Shown one piece after another: positions 19,407 to 29,220 of a stretch of DNA of 64,000 bases. A program made the position numbers and the translations under genes. The notes under the pieces are model-generated. The model saw only the letters and a program-made list of their open reading frames with translations. It did no database searches and was not told where the DNA came from. Source of the DNA: Candidatus Latescibacterota bacterium (GTDB lineage Bacteria; Latescibacterota; UBA2968; GCA-2709665); assembly GCA_965116875.1 (NCBI GenBank), contig OZ220733.1, forward strand, positions 2,112,001 through 2,176,000, given 5' to 3'. Position 1 is the first letter of the stretch. Each line of letters opens with the position of its first letter.

Positions 19407-19530
19407 TTGACTGGAAGGCGGGAATCGGATATATCTAATTGTGATTCAGGACGCGGGCCCCATTCGAGTACTCAGCCTGTTTCTCCCTCCCGGCAGGCGT
19501 AGATTCGAATCGGGGCCCGTATTTCATTAC
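19407..19530 (+). ncRNA. Putative hairpin small RNA, copy 2, with its own sigma70 promoter
   Basis: TTGACT-17-TATATC. Stems CGGGCCCC/GGGGCCCG, ATTCGAGT/ATTCGAAT and GCCTGT/GCAGGC, with a C-rich loop TCTCCCTCC. Confidence 0.55.
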
Positions 19531-19580
19531 CCCCCGGCGATTTCCTGAACGCGCGCTGGACCCGCGTGCAAGGCAAACTG

Positions 19581-20207
19581 TCACCACACGGCGGGATGGC
19601 TGCCGGCCAGAATCAGCGGGCGGACGGATTCGGCCTGGTACTGCGCAGCCGTAATCAGTTCGTCGTTCAGGAGTTCCAGTAGCAGGCGGTTTCGGAGATT
19701 GATCGCGTGTTCCGGTTCGTCTACCGGGGGAGGCGCGTCGGGAAAGCGGGCGAGATGGAACAGCAGGATGGCTTCTCCCGTGGTCATCTGCCCGGGAGAT
19801 ATTCCAAAATAGGCGCGCGCCGCGCGTTTGAAACCCGATACGGAAGTACCTCTGGGCAGGGCGAACGGCGTCCGTTCGAAAAAGAAAGCCTGCAGGCTTT
19901 CTTTTTCGTATTTGCGGGCGATCAGGAAGGCGAAGCAGGCGCGTTTGAACCCGCCGACAGCGTCCGGACCAACCGGAGGCGCCAGTTGTTCCGCGAGAAG
20001 CCGGGAAAGGTCTGCCGTGGAAAGCGAGTCCGCAACCCTTTTCAGAATGGAAGGGAGGCCGGACGCCGCGGGCGCTTCCGGTACAGCGCCAAGAAGGCCG
20101 TCCAACTCACTCGAATACCCGTTGAGGACAACGCCTGCAAGCGAGGCCGCGAGCGCCACCGGTATCATGATCATCAGGACGGATCGAAGAGAGCGTCGTG
20201 GCATCAT
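19581..20207 (-). CDS. Membrane-anchored degenerate GT51 transglycosylase-like protein
   Basis: N-terminal TM helix. KYEKE...GFKRAARAYFG...TGEAILL...RNRLL..L...LIT resembles the C-terminal half of a PBP transglycosylase. ATGA overlap with the upstream gene. Confidence 0.6.
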   Translation of the reverse strand: MMPRRSLRSVLMIMIPVALAASLAGVVLNGYSSELDGLLGAVPEAPAASGLPSILKRVADSLSTADLSRLLAEQLAPPVGPDAVGGFKRACFAFLIARKYEKESLQAFFFERTPFALPRGTSVSGFKRAARAYFGISPGQMTTGEAILLFHLARFPDAPPPVDEPEHAINLRNRLLLELLNDELITAAQYQAESVRPLILAGSHPAVW

Positions 20208-21514
20208 CCGTGGTCCAGAATCCAATCCGCGGCGGCGCCGAGGTCGTCGGCAACGAGATCCGCGTGTCCGGGATGCATCTTCGCCAGCGCCTCAGGACCG
20301 GAACCCGTTCTCACCAGGATGGACGCGCGACAGCCGGCGTTGCGCCCGGCGTCCACGTCGGTCTTCCGGTCGCCTACCATCACTGATCCGGACAGGTCCA
20401 GATTGAGGTCTTCGGCTGCGGCGTACAGCATATCGGGACCTGGCTTTGTTTCCGGAGTATCGGTGCGATGTTGCGGCAGCACGGCGTTCCGACTGCCATA
20501 GCGGCAGTAGACCCCGTCCAGTTCCACGCCTGAAACACCAAGCAGAGCGGCCATGCGGTCGTTCACGGCCCCAACGGTCTCGGCGGTGACGTATCCCTGT
20601 CCCACGGCGGTCTGGTTCGAAACGATGACCAGAACGTAACCGGCGCGCTTCAACTTCCCAAGCGCTTCCGCCGCACCGGGCAGCAGGTGGAAGTGCTCCG
20701 GACCGGTTCGGTAGGCGGGAGCCGGGCTGACGGTGCCGTCACGATCCAGGAAGACGGCGCGCCGCTTTGGCGCGTTCGCCCGCAGAAGACGGCATTCAGT
20801 CTGCGTGACGCCGCCCCCGTCGATGGCGTAGATGCGAAACGGATGCGGCGGCTCCCCGAACGCGGGCGCGTTGGCGAAGTAAACGTGTCCTTCCCTGAAC
20901 AGACTGTCCCCTTTGTGATAGTGTCCGCTGAGTACCAGGCGTACGCGGCTGTCGGCCAGGAGGGCCGCCTTGATGCTTTCGGCTTCCCGGTAGGCGTGGG
21001 GATAGCCGCCCGTGCGCTCCGGTGCGACGAGGTAGTGCTGGAGGTGGATCTGCGGCGACGGGTCGTCGTCGTTCATCGCGGCGACGAAGCGTTCACGCTG
21101 CGCCCCCATTCGCTGGGGAAAATTGGCGTCCACTTCATCGTCGAAAAACAGCAGAACGCGGTGGCCGGCAACGTGAAAATCCGCGGGAAGGTCGCCATAG
21201 ACACGGTGGAAGGACTCCGGGTGGTCGTGGTTGCCGTAGAGAAAGGCGACGGGGCAGGTCAACGGCGCGAATCGTTCGCGGACCAGACGCAGGTCTCTTT
21301 CGCCGAGGGCGATGAGCTTCGCATCGTGCATCCCGTAAAACGGATGGTCGACCAGGTCGCCGGTAACGACGACGAGATCCGGGGACTCCCTGCGAATGCG
21401 GTCCACGGCCTGAGACATCAGATCCGGCATGTGCCGGCTCAGGCGCCGGGAAATGGTGGAGGTGCCGGGAAGATGATGGCGGAGATGAAAGTCGGAAATG
21501 TGGGCGATCTTCAT
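20204..21514 (-). CDS. Calcineurin-like metallophosphoesterase fused to a GmhB/HisB-type HAD IIIA phosphatase
   Basis: HISDFH, TGDLVD, GNHD and SGHYH, then AVFLDRDGT, VSNQ, KPGP and MVGDRKTD. Confidence 0.88.
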   Translation of the reverse strand: MKIAHISDFHLRHHLPGTSTISRRLSRHMPDLMSQAVDRIRRESPDLVVVTGDLVDHPFYGMHDAKLIALGERDLRLVRERFAPLTCPVAFLYGNHDHPESFHRVYGDLPADFHVAGHRVLLFFDDEVDANFPQRMGAQRERFVAAMNDDDPSPQIHLQHYLVAPERTGGYPHAYREAESIKAALLADSRVRLVLSGHYHKGDSLFREGHVYFANAPAFGEPPHPFRIYAIDGGGVTQTECRLLRANAPKRRAVFLDRDGTVSPAPAYRTGPEHFHLLPGAAEALGKLKRAGYVLVIVSNQTAVGQGYVTAETVGAVNDRMAALLGVSGVELDGVYCRYGSRNAVLPQHRTDTPETKPGPDMLYAAAEDLNLDLSGSVMVGDRKTDVDAGRNAGCRASILVRTGSGPEALAKMHPGHADLVADDLGAAADWILDHG

Positions 21515-23518
21515 TCAGGCATCCATTTTACGGGAACGATCGGAATTCGTAATCCAGTTGTGCAACGCGGTTCGGCTGATACGGCGCGCAGAAATCCGCA
21601 GCTCCGGGCCGGCTTCCGCGGCGCGGTAGAATGAGCGGAATTCGTCGATAGGAAACCCGTTGCCTGCGTTGTGGACGTAGAGCGGACCGGGTGCGATCAG
21701 CGCGGCGGCCGCGCGGAGGTCGCCGGCGGCGCGAATTGCAGGGATGAAGAGGTGTTCGGCCCAATAGACGTCGTCATTGGCGCGGAACCGGTTTCCGTCG
21801 ATGATCGTGCGGCCGACGTCCGGCGCGAGGGCCCGCGCGAACAGGCACCACGGGCCGGCCTCGCCCATGCCTGCCACGTGGCAGACGGTCACGTCTCCGC
21901 GGGAGCGGAGATACGCCAGCGCCGTCAGAATGTCCTGGATTCGGCAGGTTGCATCGCTGGGGTTGTACGTATGGAAGTGCGGCGCGCTGGTGTCCCGGAC
22001 GCCGGTGTTCGAAGGCGATGCGCCAACCAGGAACGGACTGATGGTGAGAACACGCAGGCCCCTTCGGAGCAGATCGTCGACTGCGGGGCCGGGCATGCCG
22101 CTTTCGGGGTTGGAGAGGGCGTCAATGCCGCCAGGGTGTACGAGCAGCGCGCCGGGCGATGTCTTCCGGCCGTTTCGCGGCAGGAACAGTCGCGCCGGAA
22201 CGCGGTCGCCGAAATCCAGCCGCCCGATCAGGAGCCGCTGGACGACAAATCTGCTGTTCCTTGTTCGGCCCATGTCCCTGACCAGCGTCGCCTTCGGATA
22301 CCCGGCGGCGACGGCATGCCGGAGGGCCGGTGCGAAACGCGCTTTGAACCTGCGCAATGAGGCCGGGCTGTCGGGCAGTGCGTCTCCAAGACGCGACTCG
22401 GACCTGGCGATCAGGAAATTCGTGAGCCCGTTCGCGTCCAGCGCACCCGCGGGCGGCTTCCTGTCATGGAAAACAAGCAGGCCCTCGTCGGGCTCAACGG
22501 CAAAGGACGTCTCCCTGAACGGCTCGTCCCTGCCCAGCAGCCATCTTCCGAACCACCGGTAGACAAGCTCCCGGCTCTCGCGGTTGTAGTTGTGCCCGGC
22601 ATCGACCTGCGCGGTGGAGACCCTGTCTGCAGCGTCGTACAAACTGTAGACTTCCCGTATGGCAGGGTATTCCAGTTCGGGCGTATTGCACGTCCAGTCG
22701 CCGGAGGCGGAAACGATGAAAAGAGGGCGCGGCGCCATGGCGGCCGCGATCTCGACGTTGTTGATATCCAGACGGAGGTGGCCCTGGTTTTCACAGTTGC
22801 ATCCGCCCTGCATGTGGGCCGAGACCATATTGACGGGGGCCGCCACGCTCACCCTGTCGTCCACCGCCGCCAACAGAAAGGTCTGGGTACCGCCGCCGGA
22901 AGCGCCTGTGCAGCCGATCCGGTCCGGGTCCACGCCCGGCAGCGACTGCAGGAAGTCGATAACGCGGATGCTGTTCCACAGTTGCAGCCCCAGAACGCCG
23001 ATCCCCCACAGGTCTTCCCGGGTTCCGCCGAATTCACGATGCTCGATCTGGCTGCTGTCGTTGTATCCCGCCATGTCATACGAAAACACCACGTGACCCT
23101 GCCTGGCCAGGTTGATACATCGTCCAGGTATGGAAGCAAAGGACGCATCGTCATTTTCCAGACGGCCGCGGCGGCAGTGGCCGTGCGGGCAGGCGATCCC
23201 GGGGTGGGGTCCGGCGTCGGACGGACGATACAGGTTGCCGCACACGAGGAACCCCGGTAACGACTCGAAGAAGACTTTCTCCACGGTATAGCCCCTGCGT
23301 TCCACGCGTCCGAAAATGCGCGCATTGAGCGGGCTCTTCCCGGGCAGCGGGTACAGGCCCGCCACAACGAGAATATGTCGGCGTATCCGTGCGGCGCGAG
23401 CCTTCCATGCGTTCAGGGAAGACCAGGAGGCAAGCGTCCACGGCGTGTGTACGTGACGCGACTCCGCCAGGCGCACGTCGGTTATAGCCTCGGAGGTCTG
23501 ATCTGCAACGGTACCCAC
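21515..23518 (-). CDS. Acetylxylan-esterase-like alpha/beta hydrolase (two-domain)
   Basis: EKVFFESLPG, CPHGH, nucleophile GASGGG, GGCNCEN, GHNYN. GTG start at 23518 with a GGGGAG RBS. Confidence 0.85.
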   Translation of the reverse strand: MGTVADQTSEAITDVRLAESRHVHTPWTLASWSSLNAWKARAARIRRHILVVAGLYPLPGKSPLNARIFGRVERRGYTVEKVFFESLPGFLVCGNLYRPSDAGPHPGIACPHGHCRRGRLENDDASFASIPGRCINLARQGHVVFSYDMAGYNDSSQIEHREFGGTREDLWGIGVLGLQLWNSIRVIDFLQSLPGVDPDRIGCTGASGGGTQTFLLAAVDDRVSVAAPVNMVSAHMQGGCNCENQGHLRLDINNVEIAAAMAPRPLFIVSASGDWTCNTPELEYPAIREVYSLYDAADRVSTAQVDAGHNYNRESRELVYRWFGRWLLGRDEPFRETSFAVEPDEGLLVFHDRKPPAGALDANGLTNFLIARSESRLGDALPDSPASLRRFKARFAPALRHAVAAGYPKATLVRDMGRTRNSRFVVQRLLIGRLDFGDRVPARLFLPRNGRKTSPGALLVHPGGIDALSNPESGMPGPAVDDLLRRGLRVLTISPFLVGASPSNTGVRDTSAPHFHTYNPSDATCRIQDILTALAYLRSRGDVTVCHVAGMGEAGPWCLFARALAPDVGRTIIDGNRFRANDDVYWAEHLFIPAIRAAGDLRAAAALIAPGPLYVHNAGNGFPIDEFRSFYRAAEAGPELRISARRISRTALHNWITNSDRSRKMDA

Positions 23519-23671
23519 GTGGTGATACTCCCCGGTTTCACGTTCGTCCGAAAACCGCAAGACGCGACGGATTGCGGAAAGATAAACCCGGCGACCACGA
23601 AATGCAAGGCGCATCGGGGCAATAATCGGATCCGCAGATCCGGCTGGATTGATGCAGGGGATTTCGCTATA

Positions 23672-23700
23672 TTGACGCGTCAAACCTATGGCGGTATACT
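23672..23700 (+). promoter_or_regulatory. Sigma70 promoter for the RidA-RNase operon
   Basis: TTGACG-17-TATACT, followed by an AGGAGG RBS. Confidence 0.75.
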
Positions 23701-23719
23701 CAACACAGGAGGCAGAGCG

Positions 23720-24103
23720 ATGGGCAAACGGGAGATCAAACACCCGGACAAACAGGTGGATACGGGAGCGTATTCGGCGGCGGTGGAAGCGGATGGCTGG
23801 GTCTTCGTGAGCGGACATGCGTCGCTGGATCTGGTCACGGGCGAAGTGATCGGCGACGATATAGAGACCCAGACACGCACGACGCTGGAGCATATCCGGA
23901 AAGTCCTGAGTGAAGCCGGCTGCACGATGGACGACGTGGTCAAGTCCACGTGCCACCTGGCGGATATCGGTGATTTCGCCGCATTCAATGGCGTGTATTC
24001 GGAGTTCTTCGCTGGCGTTCGACCGGCCAGAACCACGGTGCAGTCCGTACTGCCGGGAATCCTTGTGGAAATCGACGTGGTCGCCAGAAAGCCGCAACCA
24101 TAA
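23720..24103 (+). CDS. RidA/YjgF family reactive intermediate deaminase
   Basis: GAYSAAV, FVSG, FNGVYSEFF..RPARTTV, LVEIDVVA. Confidence 0.92.
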   Translation: MGKREIKHPDKQVDTGAYSAAVEADGWVFVSGHASLDLVTGEVIGDDIETQTRTTLEHIRKVLSEAGCTMDDVVKSTCHLADIGDFAAFNGVYSEFFAGVRPARTTVQSVLPGILVEIDVVARKPQP

Positions 24104-24145
24104 TCCAACGAGCCGGCGCGGGACCGACCCCGGGTGACCTTGACC

Positions 24146-26110
24146 ATGGCTGTCACGGAAAACGAGATTGCCTTTTTCAGATACCGCAACCGGTTGATGG
24201 CCGGGGTGTGTCTGTCTTCCGCGGGGGGGAAAGCCCGTTTCGCGACGGCCCGGAAGGAAACTGTGACCACGCCGGTCAGGAACGTGCTGCTCTGTACCGG
24301 TGATACGGCCAGAGACTGGACGCGCGCGGCCGAGTGGATGACGCGCGCGGAGGAGGAGAGCGAAGGCATAGACCTCGTGGATGCGTGGGAGCTTGTTCGT
24401 GACGAAGCGGACGTGTGGACCGTGGATGGATTGGCGGATCTCTATTTCGGCGGCGAGCCCACGACGAGTCAGCTGGCCGCGTTGCTGGTCCAACTCGAGC
24501 AGAACCTCTATTTCGAGGCGGAAAGGCGCGGGGGCGGGTATCGCGCATTGAGCGAGGAAGAGGTCCTGGCGCGACGGGCCGCGGTTGTCCGTCAGGAAGC
24601 GCGCAACGAGGAAAGGGCCGGATTCCGGCGTTGGCTGCTGGAATGCACGGACGAATCGCCGGAGATTGTCGGCGGATGGGTCGACAGGCTGAAGGACTAC
24701 GTGCTGCACCGGGAGAGAAGTGTTCACGCCGGGTGGGTGGAACGCATGGCGGGCGCGCCGGTGGATCCGCGATTTGTCTTCAATCGCCTTGTCCACGACG
24801 GCATATGGGAGCCGGATGAACACCTGGACCTGATCCGGGCCGAGGTGCCGATCGAATTTCCGGCGGCTGTCATCGGGGAGGCGGAGGGTTTGTGTCTGGC
24901 GTCGTTGCTGGACGACGGCCGGCGACGGGATCTCACGGATCTTGCGGTATACACGATCGATGACGCGGCAACCACCGACATGGACGATGGCGTATCGGTC
25001 CTGATGAGATCCGACGGTACCAGGCAGGTCGGGGTGCATATCACCGACGTGGCGGGATTGGTTCATCCTGACTCGGAGACCGACCGGGAGGCCGCGTCAA
25101 GGGTGTCGAGCCTTTACTTCCCCGACGGGAAGATCCCCATGTTTCCGGAGACGGTTTCCAGCAATCTGGGCAGTCTGCGACCGGGCGCGCCGCGGCTGGC
25201 TGTGAGTCAGCTGTTCGAAGTTTCCGCGGATGGTACGGTCGGAAGCGTTGACATCATTCCATCGATCGTTCGATGCCGTGAAAAGCTCTCGTATGAAGCC
25301 GTGGACGGGATTCTTCGGGATCCGTCCCATTCACTGAACTGCGACATGTCCGCGCTGCACGCGGTAGCCGAGTGGCACTGCATGGAGCGCCTGCAGAACG
25401 GCGCAATAGACGTGGAACATCCCAATCGCCGAATTGGAATTGCGGCTGACGGGCAAATCGAATTCGCATTGCACAACGGCAGGTCTCCCGCCAATCTGCT
25501 TGTGAGCGAGATGATGGTAATGGCGAACTCGGCGGTCGCGAGGTTCTGCCGGGACCTGGAACTTCCGGTGTTGTACCGGGTCCAGGCGGCGCCCGACCTT
25601 CAGGATTTCAGCGACGTGGAGAACGAGGTTTTGCGCCGGTACAGAGTGTTGCGGCGGATGCGCCGGGCGTCGATGAGCCTGGCGCCGGATTTGCACGGCG
25701 GACTGGGTGTGGAGGCATACTGCCAGGTCTCTTCGCCGTTGCGCCGGTACACGGACCTTGCGGTTCAACGCCAGTTGGCGGCGCATCTTCTGGGTCAGCC
25801 CCATCCCTACGACAGTGAGCGCATCCAGCGTGTGGTTTTCGAAGCCGAGGAACGCATGCGCAGTCTGATCCGTATCGAGCGGCAGCGGGAACGGTACTGG
25901 CTGTTGCGTTACCTGCAGGGACGGATAGGCGATGTCTTTGAGGCGGTGGCGCTGGAAACGCGCGATCGCGCCCTCCACGTCGAGGTGCTTGATTTCGCAT
26001 TCCAGACGGATATCAGGCCGTCCGTGAACGTGGAGCCGGGCGACAGCGTGTCCGTCCGGTTGGGACGATGCGATCCCTGGCTGGGCGATATTACCTTTTC
26101 TCCCGTGTAG
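24146..26110 (+). CDS. Ribonuclease II/R (RNB domain) family exoribonuclease
   Basis: TIDDAATTDMDDGVS, VHITDV, VSEMMVMAN, SSPLRRYTDL. Confidence 0.92.
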   Translation: MAVTENEIAFFRYRNRLMAGVCLSSAGGKARFATARKETVTTPVRNVLLCTGDTARDWTRAAEWMTRAEEESEGIDLVDAWELVRDEADVWTVDGLADLYFGGEPTTSQLAALLVQLEQNLYFEAERRGGGYRALSEEEVLARRAAVVRQEARNEERAGFRRWLLECTDESPEIVGGWVDRLKDYVLHRERSVHAGWVERMAGAPVDPRFVFNRLVHDGIWEPDEHLDLIRAEVPIEFPAAVIGEAEGLCLASLLDDGRRRDLTDLAVYTIDDAATTDMDDGVSVLMRSDGTRQVGVHITDVAGLVHPDSETDREAASRVSSLYFPDGKIPMFPETVSSNLGSLRPGAPRLAVSQLFEVSADGTVGSVDIIPSIVRCREKLSYEAVDGILRDPSHSLNCDMSALHAVAEWHCMERLQNGAIDVEHPNRRIGIAADGQIEFALHNGRSPANLLVSEMMVMANSAVARFCRDLELPVLYRVQAAPDLQDFSDVENEVLRRYRVLRRMRRASMSLAPDLHGGLGVEAYCQVSSPLRRYTDLAVQRQLAAHLLGQPHPYDSERIQRVVFEAEERMRSLIRIERQRERYWLLRYLQGRIGDVFEAVALETRDRALHVEVLDFAFQTDIRPSVNVEPGDSVSVRLGRCDPWLGDITFSPV

Positions 26111-26120
26111 TCTCCTCCGT

Positions 26121-26213
26121 GGGTGAATTTGACCCACGCCTACCGGCCTGCCAGCAGCGCAATACGCTGCGCAGGCAGGCGCGAAGACCGCTGGGATTTT
26201 TAAGACAGCTTCT
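26121..26213 (+). repeat. Right half of MITE-like family B element
   Basis: Highly similar to 45532-45624 (GGCCTGCC.GCAGCGCA.TACGCTGCGCAGGCAGG...TTTAAGACAGCTTCT). Confidence 0.8.
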
Positions 26214-26228
26214 TATGCGAGGGCATGC

Positions 26229-26933
26229 ATGGCAGGCAACATTCTGGTGGTTGAAGACGAAGTCGATATTCAGGAGATCGTCTCCTACAACCTGGAGAAG
26301 GCGGGATTTACAGTGGCTTCCGTGGATTCGGGCGAGGCGGCGCTCCTGTCGATCCGGGAGGGGCTCCCCGATCTGGTCGTACTGGACCTGATGCTGCCGG
26401 GAATGGACGGTTTGGAAGTATGCAGGCTGCTGAAGCAGGACGCGGCCACCCGCGATCTGCCCATTCTGATGCTGACCGCGCGCGCCGAAGAAGTAGACCG
26501 CGTCGTCGGCCTGGAACTGGGAGCGGACGACTATGTCGTAAAGCCGTTCTCGGCCCGTGAATTGACACTGCGCATCCAGGCCATCCTCAGGCGGTTGGCG
26601 GAAGGTGGGGATGCGGCATCGGCCGATACCGATCCGGAAGCCATGAGATTCGGTACCCTTACCATAGACAAAGCCGCCCACACGGTAACCGTGGACGGAG
26701 ATGTACTGGCGTTGACATCCACTGAATTCAGTTTGTTGGCCACGCTGGCGGAGCGCAGAGGGCGTGTGCAGTCCCGCGAAGAACTGCTGAACACGGTCTG
26801 GGGTTACGATTATGCCGGTTACGGCCGCACCGTGGATACGCATATCCGCCGGTTGCGGGAAAAACTGGGCGGCGCCAGTGAGAAGGTGGAGACGGTTCGA
26901 GGGGTCGGCTACCGATTCACGGGAGAACACTGA
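26229..26933 (+). CDS. phoB: OmpR/PhoB-family response regulator, probable PhoB
   Basis: LDLMLPGMDG, LELGADDYVVKPFS, RTVDTHIRRLREKL, TVRGVGY, plus pho cluster context. Confidence 0.85.
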   Translation: MAGNILVVEDEVDIQEIVSYNLEKAGFTVASVDSGEAALLSIREGLPDLVVLDLMLPGMDGLEVCRLLKQDAATRDLPILMLTARAEEVDRVVGLELGADDYVVKPFSARELTLRIQAILRRLAEGGDAASADTDPEAMRFGTLTIDKAAHTVTVDGDVLALTSTEFSLLATLAERRGRVQSREELLNTVWGYDYAGYGRTVDTHIRRLREKLGGASEKVETVRGVGYRFTGEH

Positions 26934-26942
26934 GGGGTTGAG

Positions 26943-28391
26943 ATGTTTACATTGGCGGCTTCATCCGAAAGCCAGGGCATTCCTTCACGGGCCGTCCTGA
27001 ACTTCCTCAATCGGGTCAACTCGGAACGCATCTGCATGCACGGGTTCCTGCTCGTGCGTCACAACAAGATCGCGGCCGAGGGGTACTGGGCCCCGTGGAC
27101 GCCTGAGCGCAAGCACCGCATGTATTCCGTCAGCAAGAGCTTCGTGGCGCTGGCAGTCGGCCTGATGGTCGACGAAGGCAGGCTCGCACTCGAAGATCGG
27201 GTCGCCGACTACTTTCCGGACAAGGCGCCGCGAGACCTGCATCCGTGGCTGTCTGCAGCAACAGTCGGGGATCTCCTGACGATGTCGACCCCGCATTCGA
27301 GAAACTCCTATACGCGAGACGATCCGGACTGGGTCCGGACCTTCTTCGAGATGACCCCGTCGCATCCTCCGGGATCGATCTTTTCTTACGATACAGCGGC
27401 AACGGTCGTACTCACGGCCGCGGTGGAACGACTTTCCGGTATGCCCTTCCTGGACTATATGCGACCGCGTTTCCTGGACCGGATCGGATTCTCCCCTGAC
27501 GCGTGGTGCATCCGCACGCCCGAGGGGGTTTCGTGGGGCGGATCCGGCGTCATCTGTACCCTTCGCGATCTTGCCAGAGTCGCGCTCGCGTGTATGAATG
27601 GAGGCACGTGGGGCGACCAAAGGGTCCTGCCCGAGAATTACGTGCGAGCGGCCACCGCCAGACAGATCGACAATGCCATCCGGGGCAATTGCGGATACGG
27701 GTATCAGATCTGGCGGGAGAAAGAGAACGGATTCTCGTTCCGCGGGATGGGAAGCCAGTACGCCATCTGTTTTCCCGACCGGGCGTTTCTGTTCGCGTGC
27801 ACCGCCGACACACAGGGCGCACCCGCCGGCAGCGCCATTCCCACCGTGATGCGCGAGGAACTCCTTCCCCACCTCTCAGGCTCCCCGCTCCCGGAGGACC
27901 CGGACGCCCGGACGGAACTGTCCGAAAAAATCGCGCGCCTGCAAGTCCTGCCGGTCCCCGGAAGACGCGACGCGGCGGCGGCATCGGGCGTGAACGGCGT
28001 CTGGTATGTTCTGGAAGACAACCCGATGGGGATCACCCGCACGCGCCTGTCCTTCGAGGGCGATCGGGGTGCGTGGGAGTACACCAATGGTCAGGGCGAC
28101 AATGTCCTGCGTTTCGGTATCGGACGCATGGTGTCCGACAAGTTCCCGCAGCGCAACTACTTCGGCGAACAGATCGGCGTGGTTCCAGGCGTCGAATACG
28201 AATGCCAGGCCTCGGCCGCCTGGATCGACGAACAGACACTGAATATGGAAGTTCTCATTACGGACATGTACCTTGGAAGGCTCATGATATCTTTCGCCTT
28301 CAAGGGCGAGGAGATCGGCGTCTTCATGACCAAGCAGGCCGAGTGGTTCCTGGACGAGTACAGCGGGTTCGCCGGAGGCAGGCGCATCTGA
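26943..28391 (+). CDS. Beta-lactamase-family (class C-like) serine hydrolase
   Basis: YSVSKS (SxxK), FSYDT, GYGYQIW, RGMGSQ. Confidence 0.85.
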   Translation: MFTLAASSESQGIPSRAVLNFLNRVNSERICMHGFLLVRHNKIAAEGYWAPWTPERKHRMYSVSKSFVALAVGLMVDEGRLALEDRVADYFPDKAPRDLHPWLSAATVGDLLTMSTPHSRNSYTRDDPDWVRTFFEMTPSHPPGSIFSYDTAATVVLTAAVERLSGMPFLDYMRPRFLDRIGFSPDAWCIRTPEGVSWGGSGVICTLRDLARVALACMNGGTWGDQRVLPENYVRAATARQIDNAIRGNCGYGYQIWREKENGFSFRGMGSQYAICFPDRAFLFACTADTQGAPAGSAIPTVMREELLPHLSGSPLPEDPDARTELSEKIARLQVLPVPGRRDAAAASGVNGVWYVLEDNPMGITRTRLSFEGDRGAWEYTNGQGDNVLRFGIGRMVSDKFPQRNYFGEQIGVVPGVEYECQASAAWIDEQTLNMEVLITDMYLGRLMISFAFKGEEIGVFMTKQAEWFLDEYSGFAGGRRI

Positions 28392-28513
28392 CGATTCATC
28401 CGTGCTCTATCATTTGTCGTCCTTTGTCCTTTTTGCTGCCGAATGTCGAAGTTATTGTCGAAATTGTCTGAAATTTGATATATTCGATATGCGTCTGTCC
28501 AGACTCCATTCGG

Positions 28514-28789
28514 ATGGCGAAGATGAACTGGCCCTATTGGTGGAAATGGGAACTGGAAATCACCCCGCACGTCGAAAAGCGAATGGAGCAACGGGATTTT
28601 ACCGAAATTGCGCTGAGAGAGATGTTGGACCGTGCCGTGGGATTCCGGCCTGATGAGCAAACCGGCAGATATGTGGTTGAGAGCCGGTATCGTCGGACGG
28701 GTTGGGAGGTGATTGTCGAGCCGGATTCTGAATGTGAATTGCTTGTCATTGTCACCGCCTATCCAGTCGAAGAGAACAAAGAGCGATGA
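28514..28789 (+). CDS. DUF4258-like putative RNase toxin
   Basis: TPHVEKRMEQR...WEVIVE...VIVTAYP. ATGA overlap with a DUF2283-like gene. Confidence 0.75.
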   Translation: MAKMNWPYWWKWELEITPHVEKRMEQRDFTEIALREMLDRAVGFRPDEQTGRYVVESRYRRTGWEVIVEPDSECELLVIVTAYPVEENKER

Positions 28790-29055
28790 GAGACAGATAT
28801 CTTGAAATCACGTTTCGAAACGGGAGACCGCTGGCAGCGTACTTGTATTTCCCAAGAACGGCCGGAGCAAGGAGTGTACGGACGGTGAAGATTGGGAACG
28901 GATTACTGGTTGACTATGCGGCGGAAGGGCGCCCGATCGGACTGGAGATCACTTCCCCGACTCACGTGAATTCGGACCAGATTAACGAAGTGTTGAGGGA
29001 ACTGGACGTTCCCCAGCTTGATCCTGAAGAGTTGGATCCTCTTCAGGCAGCATGA
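28786..29055 (+). CDS. DUF2283-like putative antitoxin
   Basis: AAYLYF...LLVDY...GRPIGLEI. Confidence 0.75.
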   Translation: MRDRYLEITFRNGRPLAAYLYFPRTAGARSVRTVKIGNGLLVDYAAEGRPIGLEITSPTHVNSDQINEVLRELDVPQLDPEELDPLQAA

Positions 29056-29220
29056 GTTGGTTTCGGACCGGCGGGAGCGTCCATCGAAAGTGTATCGGAT
29101 CAAGTTGAAGTCCTGGATTCCGGATTGTCCTATATGAATGGCCTGTGTCTCTTGCTTTAAAATCGGCACGGGTCATTTTTGTGAATTCCAGGACAGAGCG
29201 ATTCGGGAAAGGCGCATGAG

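Noticed and set aside
23519-25066. N-terminal extension making a 1183-aa esterase
   Set aside because: It is antisense to the RidA and RNase II genes. The real start is likely GTG 23518 with an RBS.
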